From IMG/VR virus record IMGVR_UViG_3300028048_003161: a DNA stretch of 64,000 bases; one strand, given 5' to 3'. The translations under genes were made by a program, and so were the position numbers. Under the pieces are notes generated by a model. The model searched no databases, was not told the origin of the DNA, and was given only the letters and a program-made list of their open reading frames with translations. This document shows, one piece after another, positions 10,498 through 21,090 of this stretch; the first letter of the stretch is position 1; every line of letters starts with the position of its first letter. This stretch comes from a virus (taxonomy: Duplodnaviria; Caudoviricetes).

Positions 10498-11142
10498 ATG
10501 TTAAGGTTTAACAGTGGATATAGCAGGAGTAGTTTAATGTTAGAACTTCAAATAGTAGAGAATGGACAAGAAAAAATAAAGATAGAATTATTGCAGAGGT
10601 TAGTTAGGTGTCCTATAGAGAATCCTCACAGTATTAGATACACTATGATTAAGGATAATGTACCTACAAATGTTTATGTTGACATGTGGGGTGATGAGAA
10701 CATCACATATAGTAAGTTAGCAACTTCTTTTGGTACAATAGATTTATGCTTAGACTTTGTGATGGGGCGTATAGCAATTGTTGATTTTAACAGTACAAAA
10801 GAGACAGAACAGAGATTAAATAAGCAGTTGCAATGTTTGTCAGATGAGGACAATATTCTAGTAAAGACAGACAATGAGATATTTAATGTTAGCAGTTTAT
10901 TTGATGTTATGCTAATTACAAGTAATGATAATTTCAGTACAGAAGTTAAGACTGCAGGTGGTGTAGCTAAGATGTACTTGGAAATAATAGATAGAAATAC
11001 ATTTATAAGAAATCATTGGGCATATTATTGTATAAATAATATAAAGGTAGAACAGTTAGAAGAGACTTTCTACTTTTTGGATATAAGAGGACTTTCGAAT
11101 ATTACAGTGGAGCAAGGACAGGATGAAAATGAGCAGTATTAA
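10498..11142 (+). CDS. orphan family B member
   Basis: LQIVENGQEKIKIEL ... NILVKTDNEIFNVSSLFDVMLI. Confidence 0.7.
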   Translation: MLRFNSGYSRSSLMLELQIVENGQEKIKIELLQRLVRCPIENPHSIRYTMIKDNVPTNVYVDMWGDENITYSKLATSFGTIDLCLDFVMGRIAIVDFNSTKETEQRLNKQLQCLSDEDNILVKTDNEIFNVSSLFDVMLITSNDNFSTEVKTAGGVAKMYLEIIDRNTFIRNHWAYYCINNIKVEQLEETFYFLDIRGLSNITVEQGQDENEQY

Positions 11143-11806
11143 AGAGAAGTTAAACATGGCAAGATTGAGCATCACTAAAAAGAAAAATAAATTAGATAGT
11201 TGTACATTAACAATTATTGAGAATAGCAGAGTCAAAGTGGTGTTTGACTTCAATAAACCCCTTTGGAATGGTAGGTTTATTAGCAATCACAATATTGTAG
11301 GTTTACATACACTAATAAATGGTAGGAAAGGCATAAAATTTGTTACAGCAACCACTAGTTCAAGGTGTGTATTCACCAAAGATTGTGATCACTACTTACA
11401 ACTAACATATAACTTTGGTACAATACTCGTGGAGTTTAATAGTAGAGGCATTGTCTATGGACTTTGGATGTCTAATAAACCTTTTTGGTTTACAGAGAAA
11501 TACACATGGAAAATAAAAGATAAGCATGCAATTACAGAGAAGGACAATATAATTTTAGAGGTCAACGGTGATAAATATGACTTGTTTAATGATATGGACA
11601 ATACAATGGTAATGCAGGTGATTGGACGAGATGTAAATAATACATATAGATTGGTGAATGAAGAATGTGAAGTTTGTTTGGAAATTGATTCAGATAAACA
11701 AGACACAGAGGATAAAAAGGGTATACCTTATTTCTTTAGGGCGCAACTTGGCAGGGATTCAAGAGGAGCATTTACTAATGGGTGGCTTTTAAGTAAATGT
11801 AAATAG
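11123..11806 (+). CDS. orphan family B member
   Basis: LTIIENSRVKVVFDF ... NIILEVNGDKYDL..MVMQVIG. Confidence 0.7.
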   Translation: MKMSSIKEKLNMARLSITKKKNKLDSCTLTIIENSRVKVVFDFNKPLWNGRFISNHNIVGLHTLINGRKGIKFVTATTSSRCVFTKDCDHYLQLTYNFGTILVEFNSRGIVYGLWMSNKPFWFTEKYTWKIKDKHAITEKDNIILEVNGDKYDLFNDMDNTMVMQVIGRDVNNTYRLVNEECEVCLEIDSDKQDTEDKKGIPYFFRAQLGRDSRGAFTNGWLLSKCK

Positions 11807-11848
11807 ACATATAGAAAAGAATAAGGGGCATAGGAAGTAGAACATAGT

Positions 11849-12347
11849 ATGGAAATAACGAGACTTAAGGTAATTGAGAATGGACAATTAACATATAACC
11901 TGGACTTATCAGAAAAAAGTGTTTATACACAGAGGAATGGTTGGAATGGTTTGCAACATACCTGCAGTTGTGAATGGTAAGAAGCAAATATTAGAAATAA
12001 CAAGCATTAAGGTTTTTGATTTATTAAATTGTCAAATAAATTTGTCATTTGGTAATTTGTTCATAAGATTTAATAAAAATGGCATACTGACTAGTGTGTG
12101 TCTTGAGAATTATGTTCCTTATGGACATGTTCAAAAAGTGTATAGACTTGATAAAGATAACAATGTGCAAATAGAAACAGACGAAGGTACATATGACATT
12201 GATGAGACAATCAGTGTAAAGTTTATGTTGGACAATGTAGAGTATGATAAGTTCATACACCTGGATGCTAACTCAACATTAAAACTTTTTAAGGAGTCAA
12301 GTAAATGTGGATTTCCTGCACTAATGTGGGAAGTTGAAAACTGGTGA
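11849..12347 (+). pseudogene. orphan family B member split at A6 (11913-11918)
   Basis: ATG 11849 gives MEITRLKVIENGQLTYNLDLSEK (family N-terminal motif); removing one A joins ORF 11919 (NVQIETDEGTYDIDETISVKFML). Confidence 0.7.
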
Positions 12348-12410
12348 TTAAGAAGTGAGGACAGACAGTACTAGAAAATGGTATGACAGGATAATGGAAA
12401 AGATGGACAG

Positions 12411-12935
12411 GTGGAAAAGATGTTTATATTTAATAGAAAGAAAGATTGGGACACTGCAAAGTATACATTGACAATGATATTAGATGGGCAAGAAGTTTTT
12501 ACAGTGGACCTTACTGAAAAGTTGAACAAGCATAAAATTAAGAATTGGATCCGATGTTCTAAAGAAGTAAAGGAACGAATTGAGTTTATCATGGATGGTG
12601 TGCAAGTATCACTTCTATTTGTTGGTATCATCATTACATTTAACTTGAATACCTTGGGTTATGTGACAGGGATAAGCATATGGGGAAGTTTTAATTTTGC
12701 AGACTTAGATGAGGCTAGTGATATAATTTTAAGACTTAACGATGAGGAGTTTAGTGCATATGACATAATAAACATGGCTAATATGTTGGGTATGAGAAAT
12801 GGATATAAAGCAGATGGCAGTTACTTCACAGTGAATACACATGATGAAATACTTCTTGACAGTTTGACAATTAACTTTGGCAGTACTATAAAGTGGTCTG
12901 ACATGATCAATCAGAAGATGCAGCATGAGGGATAG
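12411..12935 (+). CDS. orphan family B member
   Basis: LTMILDGQEVFTVDL ... IILRLNDEEFSAYDIINMANMLG. Confidence 0.7.
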   Translation: MEKMFIFNRKKDWDTAKYTLTMILDGQEVFTVDLTEKLNKHKIKNWIRCSKEVKERIEFIMDGVQVSLLFVGIIITFNLNTLGYVTGISIWGSFNFADLDEASDIILRLNDEEFSAYDIINMANMLGMRNGYKADGSYFTVNTHDEILLDSLTINFGSTIKWSDMINQKMQHEG

Positions 12936-13179
12936 GATCAGGGAGAATAAAAAGATTGACCTTAATGAAATAGTTAGTTTGGCTCAAATGTTGGGTGCTG
13001 GCTATGATAAGGAGTATGTTACAGAGTATAATAATGCAGTTGCACGATTGGCTATGACTAGACTTAACTATTCAAACAGAGATGCAATAAAGCTTGAGAT
13101 TGATATTGATTATACTAAGTTAGACAAAGAGGAAGAAGAGTGGTTTAATAAAGTAATAGGAGAAACATTGGGAGTTTAG
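12925..13179 (+). CDS. orphan family B, C-terminal half only
   Basis: KKIDLNEIVSLAQMLG matches the family C-terminal motif. Confidence 0.55.
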   Translation: MRDRIRENKKIDLNEIVSLAQMLGAGYDKEYVTEYNNAVARLAMTRLNYSNRDAIKLEIDIDYTKLDKEEEEWFNKVIGETLGV

Positions 13180-13261
13180 ACAATAGACAGGAGGATAAAT
13201 AGTGGACAGGGGATAGTAAAATAGACATGAAGGATAATGAAACAGACAGGAGGATAAATAG

Positions 13262-13822
13262 TTGATATCATTAAAAGTGTTTAGCGATACGAAAGAAATG
13301 AATTTTGATATAGGTAAAAGGGTCAAAATGCAGACAAATGGTGGACTAGTAGAGACAGATACTGGACAGATAGAAATGAATTATAGACATATAACATGTT
13401 CTAAGCATATAAGTAAACTCCTTGGCTGTAAGTATATTCATGAGTTCCTTGGTTCTTCTGTATTGTCATTTAGAATAGATGAGACAGGCAGTATTAAAGC
13501 TATTTATTTTACATTTGGAGTTGATTCTTATGCATCACATAAAGTAGGACAAGCAATGGGAAATGGAGAGATACAGAGGAGTTCAGAGTTTATAATTATA
13601 ATAAATGATGAGGTCATTGACATAAATGAAGAATTGGCAGTGTTTAATATGTTAGGATATACTGAAGGAGTTTATGACATTGATAGTAAATATGTCACAG
13701 CAACATATGAGGTAAAGAAGAGTCCTTCCATAGGTAGTATGTATAAGACACTTGTTACAGTGGAGATAAAATGTGAGCAGGGTTTTGACAAGTTAGAAAA
13801 TTTGGAGGACAAACAGGTTTGA
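13262..13822 (+). CDS. orphan family B member
   Basis: AGGAGG RBS, TTG start; IIIINDEVIDINEELAVFNMLG. Confidence 0.7.
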   Translation: MISLKVFSDTKEMNFDIGKRVKMQTNGGLVETDTGQIEMNYRHITCSKHISKLLGCKYIHEFLGSSVLSFRIDETGSIKAIYFTFGVDSYASHKVGQAMGNGEIQRSSEFIIIINDEVIDINEELAVFNMLGYTEGVYDIDSKYVTATYEVKKSPSIGSMYKTLVTVEIKCEQGFDKLENLEDKQV

Positions 13823-14209
13823 TGGTTTGGTGTAGTTGTGCTTTGTTGTTATGAAAACAGACACACTAAGGATAAGTTGAGATTTAATTTGTTATGACAG
13901 TGCTAATTTAATAGAGTTGGCATGACCAATAAAGTGTAATAGCATTATAGATAAAAATGAAAGTAATTAAATTAGAAGAAAACTAGGACAATTTGTAAGC
14001 AAGTATTAAAAAGAATTAGACAATGGACTAATATGATAAATACACTTGAAATTTAGAGTGGACAATGAATATCAATAGGGATAGCATTGCAATTAAATGC
14101 TATAGACAATAGTAGTTTAATTTGGTTTGGATAAATAGACAGAAAATAGTATCAAGCGATACACAAGATTTGAAAATAGATAAGCATTTAGGTTTGGAGG
14201 TATAGACAC

Positions 14210-14695
14210 TTGGAAATGAAAGGCAGTTGTAACTTAATGAAAGACAGTGTAGAAAAAGACATTGATAAAGATTTCATAGAACTTATAGAAAATGGTAAGG
14301 TACTCCTAAGGTTAAATTTGGAACAAGAAATAGGGTTAATTGCTACAGACAACCTTTATACTAGTTTTGAATATGATTTAACATTTGATAAAATTTGTGG
14401 TAAAATAGTAAAGAAACCTAGTAAGCTCAGGTTTGGAGATACCAGCATAAGATATGAAATCAATGGACACGGGTTTAATGTGTACGCAACAATGAGACAG
14501 ATTAAGACCATTGAAGTTAAAGACATACTTGGGTTAGATATGAGATTACATATAAATGGTAATGATGCATTGGTGTCAGACCTTATGGAAGTAAGTAGTT
14601 TAGTTTCAGGAGATTTAGATACATTGTTTGAAAATAAGTGGAGACTTTCAGAGATTGATTCAACAGTGATATTAAGTAGAGAAAAGCAGTGTTAA
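14210..14695 (+). CDS. orphan family B member
   Basis: IELIENGKVLLRLNL ... LHINGNDALVSDLMEVSSLV. Confidence 0.7.
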   Translation: MEMKGSCNLMKDSVEKDIDKDFIELIENGKVLLRLNLEQEIGLIATDNLYTSFEYDLTFDKICGKIVKKPSKLRFGDTSIRYEINGHGFNVYATMRQIKTIEVKDILGLDMRLHINGNDALVSDLMEVSSLVSGDLDTLFENKWRLSEIDSTVILSREKQC

Positions 14696-14717
14696 GTTGA
14701 AAGGAGATTGAGACAAA

Positions 14718-15233
14718 ATGACCGATAGCATTGAAAGAAAAGAGAAAGACACAGAGAGAAAAATGGGTTACCTTGCTGCTAAATATAAGGGCAAAGAGGT
14801 ATTTAGAATGTACATGTATGGAGATAAGAATAGACTTGTGAAAAATGAGGATAACACAGACCTTAAGGAAGAAGGCTTTGAGATTAAGACAAAGAAGGCA
14901 GTGGATGGAGAAGTATGTTCAGAGGTAATTGAGGTTAAGCAGGACGAAGTTTGTATGCTTGCAGTGACTAATGTGTATGTGCAGGGTAAGGTTTCATATA
15001 GACTTTTAGTGACCTTGAAAGACAGTTTAATCGTTGACATTGAATATGTAGACAGTAATGGAAATATCAATGACTTTAAGAGCATGAAAGATGTGCAGGC
15101 AATGTTGGGTAGCAGTACAGAGAATGGTTTGTACAGAGACAGTAATGTTATAGTTGAGGACTATAGTGGTAATGCTGGGCAGTTTGGATATAGGTATATG
15201 TTTGAAATAAATGGCATTGGTAATGTGTTATAA
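14718..15233 (+). CDS. orphan family B member (divergent)
   Basis: RBS AAGGAG; LAAKYKGKEVFRM ... NGNINDFKSMKDVQAMLG. Confidence 0.65.
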   Translation: MTDSIERKEKDTERKMGYLAAKYKGKEVFRMYMYGDKNRLVKNEDNTDLKEEGFEIKTKKAVDGEVCSEVIEVKQDEVCMLAVTNVYVQGKVSYRLLVTLKDSLIVDIEYVDSNGNINDFKSMKDVQAMLGSSTENGLYRDSNVIVEDYSGNAGQFGYRYMFEINGIGNVL

Positions 15234-15244
15234 CAGGGGTCTAA

Positions 15245-16155
15245 AAACCAGATGCAGTGGGCGATTAAAGGGGGATGCAGTGGACAGTTTGAGGGTGAAC
15301 CATAGGAGATAGTAGGGTTGATGCATAGCGATTAAAAAGAGTGATGCATAGGGATTAAAAAGGTTGATGCACTGGAAATAATGAGGGTTGATACATAGTA
15401 AAATTAGTGTGTTGATGCATAGGTAAAATAAAAATTGAGTCATGGGTGTTAAATTTGATAATGCACTGGTGGAAATTTAGATGCTTGGGTAGGAAAATTT
15501 AATATACATAGTAAATTTAGGAAAAATGATACCATTGGTGCTAAAAGGGATGCAGTGGTCTAAAAGGGTGTTGCATGGGTATAAGAGAATGATATCATTG
15601 AAAAGGTATTGTGATACCAGTGGTATAAAAAAGATGATACCTTGGTATTGTGTTTAGTACCATAGTTTGAAAAAGTGAGGTACCATTGGTATAAAACTTG
15701 ATGCTCTGGTAGAAAAGGATAATACCAGTGGTCTAAAGGAATATACCATTGGTATAAGGTTGTTTGTATCATTGGTATAAGGTTGTTTGTATCATTGGTA
15801 TAAGGTTGTTTGTATCATTGGTCTAAGAGGATAATACCAGTGGTCTAAAAAGTGGATGCTTAGGTCTAAAATGGTTTGTAACATTGAGAGGATAGGAGTG
15901 TAGCACTGGTTAAAATGGAGATACTAGGGCATAAGAGAGTGATGCTTTAGTATAAAATGGTAATACCATTGGAAAGATGTGGTGATACCAGTGGTGGATA
16001 AGGGTGATACCAGTGGTATAAAGTGATAATACCATTGGTGAAAAAAGGTAGATACTTTGGTATTAAATAAATGTACCATTGTTGTAAAAGGTAGATGCTT
16101 GGTTAAACAGTAAGGTGAGGCACTGCCTTTGTGAGAGATGCCATTGGTCTAAAAG
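15245..16155. repeat. GATGCA/GATACC-core array II, 21-23 bp period, including 3 perfect 23-mers CATTGGTATAAGGTTGTTTGTAT (15747-15815)
   Basis: Cores at about 15251, 15274, 15297, 15320, 15343, 15366, 15390, 15414, 15437, 15460, continuing to ~16140. Confidence 0.85.
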
Positions 16156-16194
16156 AGTTATAACAGGTTGGTTTATTGAGAGGACTATTGTAAA

Positions 16195-16635
16195 ATGGAT
16201 AATAGACTTACAATTAAAAAGAATGACAATAAAATTATAGAAATAGACCTTAATGATAAGTTTGTGGTACAACAGGCAATTGGAAAGAGATATGAAATTA
16301 AGTATCAGTTCCCTGTTTGTTATAGAGATAAACTTTTGGAGATAGAGAATAATGCAAGTGGTACTGGGTTATACTATGGAAAGTTAACTGTATACGTGAA
16401 TAAAAAGTCTTTTGACGATAGTATTGGAGATATAGCCATATATAATTGTACCAAGGACTTTGATTTAGAGGTTGTGTGGAAAAATGAAGTGATAAATGTA
16501 CAGGAGTTATTGGATATTAGGACTATGGTTGGAATGGATAATAGCATTACTATTGATAGGCAGGGTTTTAGAATGTATTGTATGAGGCAGGGTTTGTTTA
16601 GAATTAGTCTATATAATAGTAATATGTTACAATAA
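16195..16635 (+). CDS. orphan family B member
   Basis: LTIKKNDNKIIEIDL ... VVWKNEVINVQELLDIRTMVG. Confidence 0.7.
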   Translation: MDNRLTIKKNDNKIIEIDLNDKFVVQQAIGKRYEIKYQFPVCYRDKLLEIENNASGTGLYYGKLTVYVNKKSFDDSIGDIAIYNCTKDFDLEVVWKNEVINVQELLDIRTMVGMDNSITIDRQGFRMYCMRQGLFRISLYNSNMLQ

Positions 16636-16649
16636 GTAAAAGGAAATGA

Positions 16650-19600
16650 CTTATGGATTAAATTGTGTGGACATCCAGTAGTATAGATAATATGATAAAT
16701 TGGTATGTTATTAGACAATGAAGGCTCTAGTTTTGTAATGTAATAAACAATAAGAAAAAGAGAATGACATATGAAAGTTTAGTTGTATGTGTGTTAGGAT
16801 AAATTGGTGTGTTATTGGACAATAAAAGGTCTAGTTTTGTAATGTGAGTGACAATGAGAGAGTGGAGTATAGACAGATAGGAAATAAAAAGAATTATGAG
16901 TGAGATTATGTGGACATTTAGGTGTTTGTGTATTATGATAAATTGGGTTGTTATTGGACAATGAGAGGTCTAGTTTTATGGAATAAATGACAATAAGAAA
17001 AAGAGGTATAGACAGGTAGAAAAGGTTATGAATAATAGTAGTTTAGATAGAACTTTTATAAAATAGTAATAGGCATTTAGATGTGAATAATAAGAGAAAA
17101 AGTGCGCTTATTGGTCTTTTGTTGATCAGGTTTTGTGAATAAAATCACATGCAGTATTAAGGGATAGATAAGTAATGATTTGGTGTAATAACATTCGATA
17201 GGATAAAAGAGATTGAAAGTATATTGAATAGACAATTTGATAAGTGAGAGTTGTCTTTAGTTAAAAGAGAATTGACCTTTGATTGTGATATAGACAATTA
17301 AGAAAGAATAGGAGATTGAATTATGTGGAATAGACATTGGTTTTAATATATGAAATAAAATAATGAAGTATATGGACTTAGGTGTTTTGGTTGATATGCT
17401 TTGATTTTGGTATTAGGTATTTGTGGTTTATTGGATCAGACAATGATTTTGTGTGTAGACTATGTGTGTGGACAATTAGAAAAATGGAAGTAACTTTTGG
17501 TTAAAAAATAAGTTGCTTTTATTAGGAAATAAAGTATAAAATAGTTAATGAGAGGAACAATTGTGTTGTGTTATATACAATTGTTTTTTATTGCTAAGAG
17601 ATAAAGAAAATTAGATAACCAGTGACTAAATTGTTGAGGTGTTGAATATGTGTGAATTAGGCACTGATAGGTTTGGGAGTGACTTTTGTTAAAATAGATA
17701 GAGATAGGAAAGAAGGATAATAGACTTTTATTTTGATTAAGTAAGATAAAGGAAAAGAGTGGATGGCTTTGATTATGATTGAAAGAGATAATGAAAAGGG
17801 TAGATGGACATTTATTAGAATTGAAGGAGATAAGGGAAAAGATAGAATGGCTTTGGTTATGATTGAAAGAAATATAAGAAAAATTGAAAGAGATATGATA
17901 AAAGAGTGAAGGACTTTTGTGTTGTAATATGGAGTTAGAAATGTTTGGTTTATATTTGGAATAAATTGTAAAGGACTTTGATTGAAAGATAATAGGACTT
18001 TGACTAAAAGAGAAAGAGATAAGAGGACTTTGACTAAAAGAGAAAGAGATATAAGAAAAGAGAGAGGATCTTTGATTAAAATTGAAGTGTTTTGTGTTTA
18101 ATTGAAACTACTTTTGAAAATTGAAATTGGTTTTGAATGAAAGATAATAGGTCTTTTGATAAATGAAAAGGACTTTTTGGAATTTGAAAGAGAAATTGGA
18201 ATTGGTTCAGGACGTTTTATTTTTGAAAATGATTAGGAAATAGACATTGTTTTTATTAAAGTTAGAAAAATATTTAATAATAAAATTTGTGGTATGTTAT
18301 AGGATTTTGAATTGGTTGGGAGATATGTTCCAGATTTAAAATTTAAGGGATTTAAGGGATTTTTGGTGGATTTTGATATAAATGTATGGGTGGGGGATAT
18401 TGGTTGAAACGTGAGTATAACAAGAAATTTTTATTTTATTTTAGTTAAAAAATTAGTTAATTTTGTTATGTAATTTGAAAAATGAACGACGTTTTGATTT
18501 TTGTTGTAGGTCTTGATTAAAAAATTGAATGTGCTTTTTGTAAAAATTGAAAGAGAATTTGAAAAATGAATTAGACTTTTGTTTTGTGAATTGATGTTTT
18601 GGAGAAAGTGAAAGAGATTGAAATAAAATGGAAAGACTTTGATTAAAAGTGAAAGAGATTGAAATAAAATGAAAAGACTTATGTTAAGTGAGGTAGTTGT
18701 TTTGATTTGTGGAATTAGACTTTTGTGGAAGTGATAGGTGTTGAAATGTTGAATAGTTAGTCTTTTATTAAAAGTGGTGGAGATTGAAAGAAAATGTGAT
18801 AGACTTTGGTTAATAAGTGATTGTGTTGGAATATATGGGATAGGTCAATGATTGTTTATGGTGAGTGTTGGGAAAATATGAATTGGACTTTTGTATTAAA
18901 GATAGGAGATTGAAATGATTGTTAATGGACTTTTGTATTAAAGATATGTACAATTAGTTAATGAGATAGTGTTTAAAGGTAGGTGGATAGATCAATGGTG
19001 TTTGTGATAGGATTGTTAGAATAATGGTATTGACCTTAGTGTTTTGATATGAGGGCTTTTGGTATTTTGATAGGTATTGAAAATAGTATAGGGTAGACAA
19101 TAGGGAAGTGGTAAAGAGATTGAAGTTGGGTGGGAATAGACAATAGGAAAGTGAATGGTTTGGTGGTTTGTTTAAGTGGACAATTGAAATGAAAGTAAGG
19201 TATGAGAGTTAGTGTGAATAGACAATTAAATTATGATAAGGAGTTTTAATAAAATAATAAGTTACTTTGATTAGATATGTATGGTGTTTTAGAAAAGAGT
19301 AATAGACAATAGCAAGTGTGATAAAGTAGGTGTGTGGACAATGAGTAAAAATTGAGAGAGATAAAAAAATTGATAGATAGACAATGTGGAAATAGTGATA
19401 TACCTTGTGATAGTTGATAAGTGTTTTAAAAAGATAGAATAGGCAATGAATATGGTTGATAGATTGTTGTGGTGTTTGAGGTAGACAATAACTTTTGTGA
19501 TAGTCGACTTTTATATGAATTGTGGGATATGAGAAATAAAATAAATAGCAATTATATTTGTATTTAGACAATTGAAAATATAGATAGATTTGATAGTAAT

Positions 19601-20010
19601 TTATGTATAGACATTGATATGAGTAATTGAATATTTTATGATAGATAGAATAGACAATTTAGTGTCTAGTTTTGAATTGAAATAGACAATGTTAATTGTA
19701 AGTAGGTGTTGTTAAAATTGATAGATATACATTTGATTTGAAATATGTCAATGACTAGTTTATTTAGACATTTAAGAAAGGAGTTGAATTAAAATAAACG
19801 AGATAGAGTAGACAATTTTAGGTCAAGTTTTGAAAATTGGTTGACATTTGAAAGTGGGTGAAAGATATGGGAATTTAAGTATAGACACTTAAGGTAAATA
19901 GAGAGTAAGAAATAATGTCTTTTTGGCTGACTAGTTATGAAAAGATATAGACATTAGCTAGTTAAATAGACAATAAAATAAAGAGTGACTTTAGAAAAGG
20001 AGAGATAGAC
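16650..20010. repeat. ~3.3-kb non-coding, C-poor region of phased GAC(A/T)(A/T)T boxes; candidate origin/partition site
   Basis: No + strand ORF of 60 aa or more; dozens of TAGACAAT/GGACTTT boxes at ~21, 32, 42-43 and 62-63 bp spacings; ~70-bp unit x3 near 16692, 16797, 16935. Confidence 0.65.
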
Positions 20011-20697
20011 ATGGCTAAGAATTTATTAGACGAGAGTAAGGTATATTTACCTAATTTTTATAACAATGGAGAATGGGTTGAAAACCCTACTTTGAAAGTG
20101 GCAGGCAAAGATATAGATAAGAGAGTCATTGAGTTTATGGAAGAATACTATAGATTTTTGTTTAATAGCACATTTTTAACAATGGCATCTTTGTTGTGGT
20201 TAGAGAGTAACCTGTCAAGTGTGAAAAAGACCATTGAATTGTATAATGAGAGTTGTTATGAGGTTGATAGATTGAATATGAACACATCTCAAACTAACAT
20301 TATGCATGATAAAAAGAGACTGGAAAAGTACTTTAGCCCTGAATTGTTTAAGAATATCATGTATTATCCAGAGGAGCATTTGGAACAGGCATTTGAGACC
20401 CTTGCTCAGCTTGAGTTAAAGTATATGAAGAAAAGTAAAGAGTATAGAGAGTCTTTGGTGGTTAAGGTGCCTAGGACAGTGTTGTGTAAGAGTGTTGACG
20501 ATAATACATGGGGGTTATTGAAGCAGTTTATTAACTGTTATAGTAAGGAACGTATTAAAAAGATTGAAAGACTTGAGGACGAAACAGTTGTACCTGCTGT
20601 AATTGGTTATTACAATTATTTGATTAGTAATAACAGGTTAAGTGAGGTAGATAAGCAGAGGTTACATGAAATTAGACAATTATTGTGTTTGGAGTAA
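20011..20697 (+). CDS. hypothetical protein, paralog of 21362
   Basis: RBS AAGGAG; C-terminal IGYYNYLISN. Confidence 0.75.
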   Translation: MAKNLLDESKVYLPNFYNNGEWVENPTLKVAGKDIDKRVIEFMEEYYRFLFNSTFLTMASLLWLESNLSSVKKTIELYNESCYEVDRLNMNTSQTNIMHDKKRLEKYFSPELFKNIMYYPEEHLEQAFETLAQLELKYMKKSKEYRESLVVKVPRTVLCKSVDDNTWGLLKQFINCYSKERIKKIERLEDETVVPAVIGYYNYLISNNRLSEVDKQRLHEIRQLLCLE

Positions 20698-20811
20698 GAG
20701 AGGGAAATAAAATGGGCAGACTTATTGTAAAGGTATTAGACAGTGTTGAGAATTTTCTAACAGTAGTGTCTGATTGGTTTTATGAATAGAAAGATAGGAG
20801 GCACATGAGAA

Positions 20812-21090
20812 ATGTTTAGGAAAGTAAGAAGATTGTGTATGGACCCTAGAAAGGATAAGGAGCCTAAAATGCACTCTTTGTATGAATGTACAGGCAAGGT
20901 AGGTACAGGCCCAAGCACTATGATTTGGTTTTTGGACGAACCAAAAGTAGGTGAGACAGTGTATGGAGTAAGTAGTGATGATAGGGTGTCACCTTATATG
21001 GGAGGACAGGCATTTAGATATGATGAGTTTCATCCTTATGTGATCGACAATGTTTATATGACAGGCTTTGTGATTTGTCATTATTCATAG
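20812..21090 (+). CDS. hypothetical protein
   Basis: AGGAGG RBS upstream. Confidence 0.55.
   Translation: MFRKVRRLCMDPRKDKEPKMHSLYECTGKVGTGPSTMIWFLDEPKVGETVYGVSSDDRVSPYMGGQAFRYDEFHPYVIDNVYMTGFVICHYS

Noticed and set aside
10498-16635. Diversity-generating retroelement or integron as the source of family B variation
   Set aside because: No reverse transcriptase, TR/VR pair, integrase or attC-like sites are visible; divergence is ancient and spread over the whole genes.
19209-19571. 120-aa minus-strand ORF in the long non-coding region
   Set aside because: Y/H/I-rich artefact of the skewed repeat composition; no RBS.
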